Positions 1 to 12,500 of a DNA stretch of 64,000 nucleotides are shown here, in pieces. Numbering within the stretch: the stretch's first letter is position 1; the number at the start of each line of letters is the position of its first letter. A program made the translations under genes and the position numbers. Under the pieces are notes generated by a model. It did no database searches and had not been told where the DNA came from. It saw nothing but the letters and a program-made list of their open reading frames with translations. Source of the stretch: Phoronis australis (lineage: Eukaryota; Animalia; Phoronida); NCBI GenBank assembly GCA_002633005.1, contig NMRA01000173.1:573295-637294 (forward strand), given 5' to 3'.

Positions 1-1195
1 GGTCGTGGGATGTGGGGGTCGAGGGGGGTTTAGAACAATCCGTCAGAAAGTGGTTGGAATCAAGCCATAAGATGGATTAGAAATAAATGAGCACAGGACT
101 CAGTAATTGCCGGTGTAGGTAACCTTTCCGGAGTTGGTAGAGCAACAGTTTTTCCTGTTCACAAAAATGCACACGTAAAGCTGTAGTCGAAAGACGATTG
201 CTTAATTGAAACTATGCTGCGAAAGATTTCCACAAAGCAATCATTTGAATAGTAAACTTGGTGCCGGGCATCAATTATCGCATTCGAAATAGTGTTTGCG
301 CTTTTTTGTTCAAACTGGCGTAGAACGCGAAAACAAAAACAGACTAAATTGCATTATTCAGTTAGGTAGTCCTCTGCCACTGAAACAGAATTCAACGTGT
401 TCACCAGATATTTTTTACGGTTTGCTCGTTAAGATTTTGAATTTCAGTTGATGTCAAAGCGTTTTTCTTTTAGTTTTAAATTCCAAAAAACGATCTACTA
501 ACTGCTCGTCATTTCCACGTTTTTCCTCCCACAATGCAAAGCACGCCTTCTTAATTTGTAAGATAGACGTAACAAAGGGGGTCTCCTCGCTGGTTCCCCG
601 GTACGTGCTTAGCCCAACCAGCACGCAGGTATCACGCAGTGGCTTTAGCATTGGTCGATGTAACCTCGGCAGTCATTGGTTAGCTTTACAACACCGTGAA
701 AAAATGGCGGACTGTGGACGATTTTTAGCCTTGTCATGCAAGTGCCGTCGCAACAACTATTTCGTTTCTGCAGTGATGTTTAATAGGCGCGTGCTTGAAG
801 AACATACATGTACACTAAACACATATCTGGCCGATTTAACCGCCGTGTGTTATTCATACTGTATGAGTACAGGACACTATCGTAAACAAAATCTTAGAAA
901 GATGCATTCCGAAATGGCGCAATCACAATTTCTAGGCTTCACATTTCCTGAACATAAATTTTAAGCACCGATTTGTCTGTACAACAGACCACATTTACAC
1001 CGTGACTTCAGTCTATCAGTCATGTCAGTTTGTTTGCGTAAAGCGCTAACTGTTGAGAATTTGACTAGCCAATCAGAAACGCCGGTGTAAAAAAATGTTA
1101 ATTGTGAAAGTTGGTATTCGGGGATGCTTTGAAATGTTCATCAAAAACACCCTAATGGAATTACAGCTATAAACTGCTGGCTGACCTCTCTACAG

Positions 1196-4100
1196 ACTGC
1201 AGCATATACGGCTGCCAACACGATGGGAAATGTAACTTCACCAGTGGCGTCTGTACATGTCCAAAAACTTATGAAGGCGACCAGTGCGAGCTCGACGTCA
1301 ACGAATGTTACTCGACTCCATCACCGTGCGGGAACCGGTCGTGTCATAATACTCAAGGGTCGTACTTTTGCGGATGTCCCAATGGTACCTCCAGCGATGG
1401 AATACCGTGCGAAGGCACGTGGGTTCGTTAGAGTCTGAGTAATAATAACGTATGACATGACTTATTTAATTTTTCCCAATGAGGGACGTGAACATGGTAA
1501 TCAATGTATATAAAGGGCAAGTTAATTCCATCTCGTGCTTCTTGAAACAACATTTTGGCCTTCTATATTGTCGCGCTCAGTGGTTTCATTTCATGGGGCT
1601 GGGCACTACAATATTTTGTTGTCGGGGAAGATATCAGGTGCCAGGGATTCCGGTCTAAAATTTATGCCTCGTGCATTTGAAACAATGTTGTTTCCTAAGG
1701 CAAACACCTTTCGTTTTTCAAGCCAATCTGATCGTAATTGTATGGTTTTCCCGAGTGGACATCGTTTTGTCCTTTTACAGATTCCAGAACAAACGCATGC
1801 GCAAATAGCCCATGTATGCATGGCGGGACGTGCGCAACCGTTGATAGCATTGCTGGTTACGTGTGTTCATGCGTCAAAGGATTTGTTGGAAAGCGATGCG
1901 AAGTCGGTTAGTAAGATCCCCAAAACACAATGTTTTCGATAAGCCTAGCACTAAGTCATACAGGCACTTTTATTCATTACCAACAATGAGTTTTCGCTCC
2001 GTAAAGGCTAGTACACATTTAGCGATTTGTCTACAATGCCGATAGGTGCGACGCAGTAGTTGCCTAACTCGGCTGTTCTCACTATAGCGATTCGTTTGCA
2101 TCTCGTTGTTGGCGATCTGGAACACCTCAATCGGTCGAATAATGCTTAGTATTTTACCACTCACAGGTTGTAACATTAAAGTCTTTTTATGAACAGATGC
2201 ATTCACTTTGAAAGACACAACTGAAATAATCTCTACAGTCATCTACAGAACAGGCGCCGGAGTATGGGCTGTGATGGTGTTTGCGCTCATATTATACGCA
2301 TGTTTCCGAAAAAGGTCAGTCGAATGTAATTTCAAGGAGGGAATTACATGACACTACGATCTCGTGAAGCGCTAATGCTTGCAGTTTCATGCAGATACCT
2401 GTGGTGCATGTACAAATTATATGTGGCACATTAGTATTGGGAGTAGATTACGGGACGTTCTCAAGTTAACCCAAGTCGGGCTAAACACACACGTGACGCC
2501 GAAGGCATAACTTAGCTCTTCTCCAAAACAGCTTGAATACAGAAAATTGCATTTTTACACTCCAAATAAAATTTCAGTTCTGCCTTTGAGAAGCAATCCT
2601 GGAGCCAAGAATGAAAAATCTTATGAATAGGTATATCGCAGTGGCGGATCTAGGATTCCATAAGGGGGGGGCAACATGATGTCTCGGGGAATTGGGCAAA
2701 GCGCGATTGTATGAGCACAGGGGCCCGAAAGTTGCGGGGGTCGGGATGTGCATCTTCCCTTCAGAACATCTATCGGTGGACTAAAAAAAAAAACGGGAAC
2801 ACAATTCCTCTGGATCTCATCCGCCACAGGTCCTAGTTACGGAACTCTAAATTTCCTCGCGCTGTTACCAAGGAGTGTAGTTACTGTTTCATTTCGCGTG
2901 CGGCAGCCCAGGGAGGGCCTGCCCCCCTAAATCCGCCTATGTATCGCTACACTGACAGTCTAATTTCGGATGGATATAGAGTCTACATCATCGCTTGGAT
3001 CGTTCATGCCAATGAGTACAGACCCGAAAAACTTTTGGAGTAGCTTTATTGACTTTACTTGCCATATAAGTCTATATCGATGGACGCACGTAGACGAAAT
3101 AGTCTCCGTGGTACTACGAACATCTGGAACCTAGCTAGATACAACATTATTCTGAGTCCTAGCTATAGATACAACATTATTCTGAGTCCTAGCTAGATAC
3201 AACATATTATTCTGAATCCTAGCTCAGGAAGCAAGTTAACACAGTCACAAATACAATCAGGAAGGCATTGCCATTGTTACAACCAAACCAATAATCAGAG
3301 ACATCCAGCCCTCCGAACGTACATTGCACAAAAGCCACTAAAAAAAGAAAATAATTCCATATTCGTTGGATTCTCCTTGCCACTACTAACGCGGCACACG
3401 GAAGTCGAAAAAATTACACAACATAAGATTTCCACCTTGAACAGACCATTCAGTGAAACGTAAAACTGGCCGTCTCATCTGAATGCCATCCTAATTTGGA
3501 CAAGGTTGACGGCAACATTTCGCGTACACTACGTATTACACAAGTTCGTTGATACGATGAATTGACCAACTCAACCATTCCAAAATTGGGTCGCTTCGCC
3601 TAGCATGAACAGCGCTGTAGTGGTAAAATTAGAGGTAAGTAGGCGCCCAAAGCCCACTGTATCACTTTGAGCACTGAACGTAACTTACGGTGCGTAGGCG
3701 CAACGTTCAAATGCCAAAAGGTGGTTGGCTGCGCCTACGTGCGCCTACGCGCCACTACAGCACTGAGCATGAAACTCTGGGCCGCTTCGTAAGCTATAGC
3801 ATGTGACTCATCAATTCCTTTTGATGACAGAAACCAATGTGGAATCACAGCAAGGATTTTTAAATTTCTTAGAAGTCTAAGTATGATTTTTACGCTTAGG
3901 ATCGTGAGCAGGAAAGATACTACGCACTAGCCGAAGTCTACGCACAATAGTGTTTAGGGTCACACACTTCAAAATGAATGTGAACCAACGCTTAATTTCT
4001 AAATAACTACTGGTCCCAATGTCTAACTGGTAAACTTGTGTTGTTGTAGACAGCAAAAACTGCAGGCAAACCGTAAACGTAGCACAAAGAAAAGGAAACA

Positions 4101-4866
4101 CGACAGAAAGTCGGGCGCATCGACAGAAGCATCATCTGCAACATCACAGGGAACCTCTCTCAGTTCAGGGTCTTCGCTCTCCAGCATAAGTTCGAACGCA
4201 GACAATACCGTGGCCAATTTGAATGAGCTTGTGGAAGACAAGGCATTTTTAGGTGAGGAAAAACACGAGGGGACAGAAGATAAAAACTTAGGAGCCTCTT
4301 CTGAAGAAAGACTTCTTGGCGATGAGCAAGGCGAAGGCAGTGCTGAGAATATGGAATCTGCTTCCGACGCCGAACAGGAAGGCACAGACAACGTTAACCA
4401 GTCGGCTTTCGTACGCTGGAAAAACGCGAAGAAACACATGGCAACTGAAAGACATCGTAGATCACGGGGCGACAAGCACAGACCGAACAGTGAAAAACTA
4501 GTGCCCAGTCAATACGAATGGTTTTGCTCATCCCAAAAAAAGAAATTTGCAAACACGAGGACGAAAGTGATGAGAAAAGACAAACTTAATAGTGAAACAA
4601 AAGGCAATAAAACCAAGGTAAACATGCGCACAGGCTCTTCCCAATATCATATTGATCCTGATACTAATAAACCGCCAAGTGGACATAGAGACAAAAGATC
4701 AAGACGAGTTAACTGTGACAAGACGCAAACATCACGCAATCGAAAGTCTCCAATAAAGGTGTCAGTTGAGTTGTGTCCACGAACCACACCAATGGCCAGA
4801 AATGGCATTTCCCACGAGCAGGCCGGGTTGGACCAGTTAAACTATCCCTCAAAGACAAGAGGATAG
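1196..4866 (+). CDS. EGF-repeat single-pass membrane protein (5'-partial): three EGF-like domains, TM helix, long charged cytoplasmic tail
   Basis: Phase-compatible exons: 1196-1414 (DCSIYGCQHDGKCNFTSGVCTCPKTYEGDQCE LDVNECYSTPSPCGNRSCHNTQGSYFCGCPNGTSSDGIPCE; second repeat fits the Ca-binding EGF consensus), 1781-1906 (CANSPCMHGGTCATVDSIAGYVCSCVKGFVGKRCE), 2197-2314 (GAGVWAVMVFALILYACFRKR, TM plus stop-transfer), 4050-4866 (track ORF 4036..4866 entered in phase 2). Signal-peptide exon not located. Confidence 0.8.
2639..2941. mobile_element. Dispersed ~300-bp non-autonomous repeat with GGCGGAT ends, copy 1
   Basis: Starts cagtggcggatctagg and ends aaatccgcctatg. Aligns in reverse complement with 40961-41248 and 57501-57804. 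Confidence 0.75.
3130..3225. repeat. Short tandem repeat, ~28-30 bp x 3
   Basis: Unit cctagctagatacaacattattctgagt repeated with small indels. Confidence 0.85.
3610..3765. mobile_element. hAT-type MITE, 156 bp, 8-bp TSD
   Basis: TIRs cagcgctgtagtgg / ccactacagcactg; perfect flanking duplication AGCATGAA at 3602-3609 and 3766-3773. Confidence 0.8.
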
Positions 4867-5492
4867 CAGAAAGTAAAGAACATTACATTTACCAACAACC
4901 GACACCCACAGGTCAGCATTCACCAAAGAAGTCTAATTTTACCCTTCCAAGCCCACTACACAATCCTGTAAACCACAACAAAACACTCAAGACCTTTCTA
5001 TTACAGGATAATCAAACAGGTGATCTAAAAAGTAAACCATCACAAAAATAGTGTACCTTAGCAGAGCTGTCTGTTTTCCAAATAAGCAAACTGTTAGTGA
5101 CAATTTGTCTTTTTGAAATTGACAACTAAATACTGTAAAAAGAAACATGATTTATTTGTATTTCAAATAAACTGCAACAGCAACAATAACATTTCACTGG
5201 GAGCTGCTTAGACTCTGATAGGATCCTTCTAACTGACCTCAGTCTGCAATGGCTAAAATTCAACAAAAATAATAACAAATCACAAAGGGTTACCCTCTCT
5301 TGAGAGTCCAAAATGTTAAAAAATAAAGCAAATCTATTAGGAAAAATCACAATAATCTAACTGACATCAAACACACAGTATAAGGCCTACCAAAATGGGG
5401 ATCTCACCAATTTCGAACAAAAATACCACTTGTTTATTTTTCAAGAGCTTGCACTGTTGCAAATACCCATAACTTTGTCTGAGGGTAAAACA

Positions 5493-5699
5493 TCCTCACA
5501 CCCGAAATGCAGTGCCACTGCGGTGCTTGTATGTCATAAACCGCAGTGTCACCGCCATGATCACAGTGGTTCCGCCACTGATCGCGGTAGCACTGCAGAA
5601 AACTGTCGAGTCCACGGACCTTCACGGTGGCTCGGCGTAAACTTTGAACATGTTTTGACCAAAAACCGTAGTGGCAACGCACCTATGGTGTGACGGGGG
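5493..5699. mobile_element. Degenerate inverted-repeat element (MITE-like)
   Basis: tcacacc...tgccactgcggt at left versus accgtagtggca...ggtgtga at right; GC-rich island in AT-rich intergenic DNA. Confidence 0.5.
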
Positions 5700-6521
5700 T
5701 ATAACTGTTATAGTACAGTACACTGTCACAAATACCCAAAATGTTGTCTGAGGATACCTGTAGTACAGAGATTGAACATTGAAAAGCATTTGATTTGATG
5801 CTACATATCTTTCATGAAAAATTATAAAATAAAATTTCCCTTGTTGGCTATATTGTGACCTAACCTAGTGATGAAGGCTGGTGCACTCAATATAGTAGAT
5901 TGAACAGTCAGTTATCCAGATATCACAGTTTCGCTATGCATGGGAAAAACACAACAATGTAAGAATAATTTAATTGCCCAAACTGGAGGGTATTGGCCCA
6001 CAGTACATAAGAACATAATAGCTGAGTTTCCATGTATTTCAGAATCTCATAAATTTCACAAGAATCTGTTTAGCATATTTCCACAAATCTCTCTGGTCCC
6101 CATGTGGTCAATAATCCCTGTAAGGTCTGTAGCCACTATCAGTCTACCTTGAAAACAAATTGTCAGACAACAATTCTGTTTGTTCACTGAATGAATAAGG
6201 CTGCGTTACTGACATTGGCCAAAATCAGTTGGAATTTTAGTTGAGTAATCAAATACCTAAGTCATGACTACATTTTCCCAGAATTAATTCTGCCTAATTA
6301 GATGGAACTCAGAATCCTAGCAGTCCCAATACAGATCTTTTCATGGTAAAGATTTGCCTAATAATACTGGGACTATTTCAAGCAATTTTCATGTGTACAT
6401 CCTTTAACATCACTTGTGCAATAGGTTTTCTGAGCTTAGAAAAATGAAAGTCCTCAGGTAACAAATATCAATCAATTTACAAACTCATCAAGTCAAAAGG
6501 GTTTTAACAGCATCTTGTGGG

Positions 6522-9500
6522 TTAGCTTTTTACACTACCATTAGCTCTAACTGGATACTGGTTCTGTTGCTTTCTTATAGTTTTCAAAGCAACTTTCAAC
6601 ATAATAATCAACCAGTAGATCATCAATGATAATAACAAGAAGCAACCTACTGAGCATTTGGCGGGAATATGGAGAGCCACTTGCCACATGCTGATACCTC
6701 TATAATGTGCATAGGACCAATACATGAAAGGAAATATGGCGACTCGGCACACGAAGAACACTGTTATCATGATCACCCCATTGACTAGATACAGCTTAGA
6801 CTCCTTCATTTTTAACTGAAAAAAAAACAATAGATTTCAATAACATGGTTGTAATTACAGTAGAAGCCAAATAAAAAGACAAAATGACCCGAAATGACAG
6901 CTAAGCAGACGCTGAATTCATTGTCAGGGTAGCCTTTCCTCAAGACTGAGAATGAAAAGAAATTAACAGGAAAGTTAGCAAGGTGGCTACGCCACTCTAT
7001 AATTAGAATTAACAGGAAAGTTAGCAAGGTAGCTAAGCCATTCTAAAATTAGAATTAACAGGAAAATTAGTAAGGTCGCTAAGCCATTCTATAATTAGAA
7101 TTAACAGGAAAATTAGTAAGGTCGCTAAGCCATTCTATAATTAGAATTAACAGGAAAGTTAGCAAGGTGGCTGAGTCCTTCCATAATTAGAATTAACAGG
7201 AAAGTTAGTAAGGTGCCTAAGCCATACTAAAATTAGACTTAACAGGAAAGTTTAGTTAAGTGTCAAAACCATTCTAAAATAAGAATTAACAGGAAAGTTA
7301 GTAAGGTGCCTAAGCCATACTAAAATTAGACTTAACAGGAAAGTTTAGTAAAGTGTCAAAACCATTCTAAAATTAGAATTAACAGGAAAGTTAGTAAGGT
7401 GCCTAAGCCATACTAAAATTAGACTTAACAGGAAAGTTTAGTAAAGTGTCAAAACCATTCTAAAATTAGAATTAACAGGAAAGTTAGTAAGGTGCCTAAG
7501 CCATTCTATAATTAGTTGTTCCTAACAGGCTAACTTTGTGTACAAGGCCCTGTGCTAACAGTGCAGCGCCCTACAAGGAAATGTTGCGTGAAATAAAAAA
7601 AAAAAGAAATAAATCAAACGCGAAAAATGCAAGGTAAATGATTATCACAAAAATTTATCACACACAAAAACCATTAAAACCTTCCATAATTGCAGTACGG
7701 AAGTTAAAACAAAAGTGGAGTTAATAGACGCTACTTACTCTGACCAAGATGTTTCTTAATGCAATGAACGGCACAGCCAATTCAAAGAAGTAAAAACATC
7801 CAATAAAGTAGTCTCCTTTGTTGTTTCTGAGAAACTGCAAGTACAGAAAATCAGGTCAACACATTCAAGTTTAGAACTACACAAAACATGCCATTTTCGC
7901 AATGGATTTACATAGACTAATTTACAGTATCCATAAAGATTTCAAATACAGTACAAGAGCTTTTAACTGTATCGGAAGGGGTTTTTGAATTTTTGAACTT
8001 TATATAAAATCAGAAGTCCCAAACGTGTGCAATAAGATTCCTCTTTAATTTAACAAAACAAGGCTATTAAGAGAAGAGAAAATGATACATTCTCACTTAA
8101 ACTACTAACAAAAAATGCAACATTTGTGACATGTGACATGTAACATGTGACATGTAACATGTGAAATGTAACATGTAACATGTGACATGTAACATGTGAC
8201 ACATTAGTGAATCATCCCACACATCCTCCACACCATTGTTCACATTTGCTGTTTTCACTTCAGTAACAAAGAATCACAGCACGGTAAATCTAAACTAAAA
8301 AAATTAAGGACTGTCACACAACATGGTCAAAAAGTGAAATTTTATTTTCACATTTTTTCATAAAAGATAAGTAGCACCAAATGCATGCTATGAAATTTTT
8401 AAAGATGTGACGATGATTCTGAGGAATTGTGTGCATTCCTAACATTGCTAGAAGCCATTAAAAATGAAAAATAACCAATTTTGGCAATAATTTTTGTCCA
8501 AAATTGGTGACATTTTGTTGAACTTGTGACAAGATGAAAGACTAACTTGAAAAAGGAAGTACAACAGCTGATATGAAAACTTGAAGTGTTGTCTTTTAAA
8601 CTGTAATCTNTTTCTTGATGCAATGAACGGCACAGCCAATTCAAAGAAGTAAAAACAACCAATAAAGTAGTCTCCCTTATTGTTTCTGAGAAACTGCAAG
8701 TACAGAAAATCAGGTCAACACATTCAAGTTCAGAACTACACAAAACATGCCATTTTCACAATGGATTTACACACTAATTTACAGTATCCATAAAGATTTC
8801 AAATACAGTACAAGAGCTTTTAACCGTTTTGGAAGGGGTTTTTGAATTTTTGAACTTCATATAAAATCAGAAGTCCCAAACGTGTGCAATAAGATTCCTC
8901 TTTAATTCAACACAACAAGGCTATTAAAAGAGAAAATGATACATTCTCACTTAAACTACTAACAAAAAATGCAACATTTGTGACATGTGACATGTAACAT
9001 GTGACATGTAAGATGTGAAATGTAACATGTGACATGTAACATGTGACATGTAACATGTGACATGTAACATGTGACACATTAGTGAATCATCCCACACATC
9101 CTCCACACCATTGTTCACATTTGCTGTTTTCACTTCAGTAACAAAGAATCACAGCACGGTAAATCTAAACTAAAAAAATTAAGGACTGTCACACAACATG
9201 GTCAAAAAGTGAAATTTTATTTTCACATTTTTTCATAAAAGATAAGTAGCACCAAATGCATGCTATGAAATTTTTAAAGATGTGACGATGATTCTGAGGA
9301 ATTGTGTGCATTCCTAACATTGCTAGAAGCCATTAAAAATGAAAAATAACCAATTTTGGCAATAATTTTTGTCCAAAATTGGTGACATTTTGTTGAACTT
9401 GTGACAAGATGAAAGACTAACTTGAAAAAGGAAGTACAACAGCTGATATGAAAACTTGAAGTGTTGTCTTTTAAACTGTAATCTATGGTTTACATAGCCA

Positions 9501-12500
9501 AGTGCATTGATAATCTATGGTTCACGTAACCTAGAGCATTGATAGTAACAAGAATAATTCTGTAGTGGTTCAAAAACTCTGCAAAACAAACTTACTGCTG
9601 CGCATGGGAAGAACAACAATGGCAGACCAATATGGTGGAAGGACATGAGAGGCTGTGACAACAGGAAGCGAGAGAATCTTTGACTGAGCGGCTTGTGATG
9701 TAAGCCTGGGTTGTCTAAGTAGAATGGTTGATACATGGCCCAAAGGTCATAGGGAAAGTAGGGTGCTGCCAGCCATATGGAACACTCAGTTAACCAGTGC
9801 CTGAAATGAAGAGTGCCATTCTACGTACTAGCCTCTAGATTGAGTAGACTTATACTTCAATCACAATTATTGCAATTTCGTCAAGTCAAGAGTATAAAAC
9901 ACGATATATTTTAGCGATGCGAAAGAGAAAACAATATTCAAAGCTTAATTATTTTTTTGCCTTTTCGAATAAACATACATAGTTTTTATAAAACTGTTTG
10001 AGAATAACAGATTGAATTCACCACATCAGTGTACAGTCACCTGCACTGTTTTATCCTATGGGGGAGGCCAGGAAAATGTTATGTTTCGTCCATTCCCAAA
10101 ATGGTGATAATCTGCAATTATTGTCTTTACATTGCAGTTGGTTTCTACTACGAGCCATGTACATGTAGGCCAATGGCAGGGTGACAAAACTGAATGTTAA
10201 GTTAAGCCAAACAATAACACTGGCAGCCACAAACATCACATCATGCTACAGGTATCTCACCACCACACAAGTCATAGATTAAAAGACGGACAATAGATCG
10301 CACTAAAAAAATAAAGCAAACATGCTTCGTTTAAACAGCTATGAATGTAGAGAACATTCACAAAAATGTCACCAGCATGAAATTCATCATTAATAATCAG
10401 AATTAATCAGCTTATCAAAACACATGTGGTACAAAATTAGTTAAATGGATTTCAATTGGCTCAACTTCAAAACTAACATTTTGACTACACCATATTATTA
10501 GTAGTTCTTGTTCATAGAACCATGGAGGCTCCCACTATCCTCCCAAGGAAGTTAGTCTCCACATCCAAAGTGGGAGACCATACACTATGTTCAGGACTAC
10601 ACGTATAATATTTCTACACCCGATACTTCAACGTGCGGTGATTTTTAGACTCCAGCACTCATGAAAGGGTGCAACTCAATTTCCAACCACTAGCTGTGAA
10701 TAATCCTGAGCTGCTGGGTTTCAAATACAAAAACATTTCCTTTAACAATCATCATCTCTTGTCTGGGACTAGTACAGAGATGATTCATGTGATAGCAATC
10801 AACAAGCAAGGCTGACTCAAAGAATGTGCACAGTTAAAATTCTCAATGATCTAAGACCCCTGAGAAAAAAGTGATATTTTCAAGAATAGGAGAGATTTTC
10901 ACTTAGCATTTGAAATTGTTGAGTGAAGACAAGGATATTAAAGGCATGTGTCATCCTTATCCTATTTAACTTTTTTACCGTTTTAATCAGTCTGTATCCA
11001 TATCAGCGTATGCTTTGTCCACCACACCAGGCCAAGAAGTGTCGCGTTAACCTGTGATGAAGGTGAGGACACAAAGTGATGACGTCAGTGGTATTTTCTG
11101 ACACTGGAGTGGTGCCTATAAAGAAGTGTCAAAGCCATCTGGCTACTTCACTCCCGTATTAAATGCATTCAGAAACCAATAAAAATGCTTTCTTGGCTTT
11201 CCAGATACTATATTTACAACCGACCGAGTCTCGAGGCGGTCGTGTGGGTGCCAATGCTAACCATATGTTTATTACAGTGTTGGTGATGGGAAGCAACTGA
11301 AACAAAGGTTGAATAGTACAGTACGCCATGAGACTTGAGGGAGATCCCTATATAAATGTGCTGATTGCTTTACTTTTGCTCAGAAGGAACTTCATGGAAC
11401 AGGACCTCTGCAGGTTACGTTGCCACAACCAGAGATGGGACTTGTAATGTAATAAAACGGTCGCTAGAATTCAGTCCCTCAGAACCCAACATGATTATTT
11501 CTTTGGTTCACTTTCCGATACATTATTTGTTTCGTCATCGGGGATAGTGTCTCACATCAAGACCATTTGGCCCCAGCAGAGCCGAGACCACGCTCAAGTT
11601 TCACGTCGACAATTCACTCACCAGCCCCCCCCCTGAATGGTCACTTGGGGGGAACGAAAGTTTGTGTTCTAAATTCAGACGTAATTTCAAATGCCATCAG
11701 TCATGAAATAAAACAACTATTTATCTAAAAAATGCATTGAATCCTAAAAGTTTTGCACCAATGTTTAGTGTTCTACTGATGCACAACAATGATGCCAGGT
11801 GGTAAACTTTGTTGATTTGTGTCAACAGAGAACTATGCGACACACAGTCATGATGTCACAGGCTAATTTTAGCACCTGCCATCTGGGGTCAGGTAAAAGA
11901 ATTGAATGTGCTATCTAATGGAACAAGTCGAGCTGAACTGATGCAAATATATCATTTCTTTGGTGGCATGCTTATTTAAGATAACAATCTGGTGTGTCTT
12001 CAACAGCTATTTAAGATAACAATCTGGTGTGTCTTCAACAGCTATTTAAGATAACAGTCTGGTGTGTCTTCAACAGCTATTTAAGATAACAATCTGGTGT
12101 GTCTTCAACAGCTATTTAAGATAACAATCTGGTGTGTCTTCAACAGCTGTGCAGTATCAGAATTTACCTTAGTAAAAGTTGCAAGTAAATGTTAGTTCCT
12201 AATAGTTTCTTGTCAGCCGAGTGTTTTTATTTCAATGATTCACTTACACTTTCATCATCTGTTTGGAGTCTTCCTTTTTGTTAAACGTGTTTCTGTCTCA
12301 TACACAGACATTTACATCGGACAAATATAAATAATTGGAAACAAATCATCGCCTAGTATGAATGCATTAAAACTTCACACAACTTACGTGTCATGAATGA
12401 TGTCATTTACTGATGTTATTATAACGTAACCAACACAGCAGGACGCAATACCATACATCATGGAAACAAATCTAAAACAAAAATGTGTTATAATTAGCAC

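Noticed and set aside
454-964. Overlapping ORFs 454..651 (-) and 605..964 (+) as genes, or as the first exon of the EGF protein
   Set aside because: No recognisable domain or signal peptide, and no convincing phase-1 donor to join exon 1196.
4023-4475. 150-aa Ser-rich minus-strand ORF
   Set aside because: Antisense shadow of the real plus-strand exon 4050-4866.
8448-8699. Second TLCD3 exon 4 as a mutually exclusive exon or paralogue
   Set aside because: Truncated exactly at the N with no donor; best explained as assembly duplication.
11973-12147. 35-bp direct repeats as a CRISPR array (also the 36-bp repeat at 52772)
   Set aside because: Units are contiguous with no spacers, there are no cas genes, and the context is eukaryotic.
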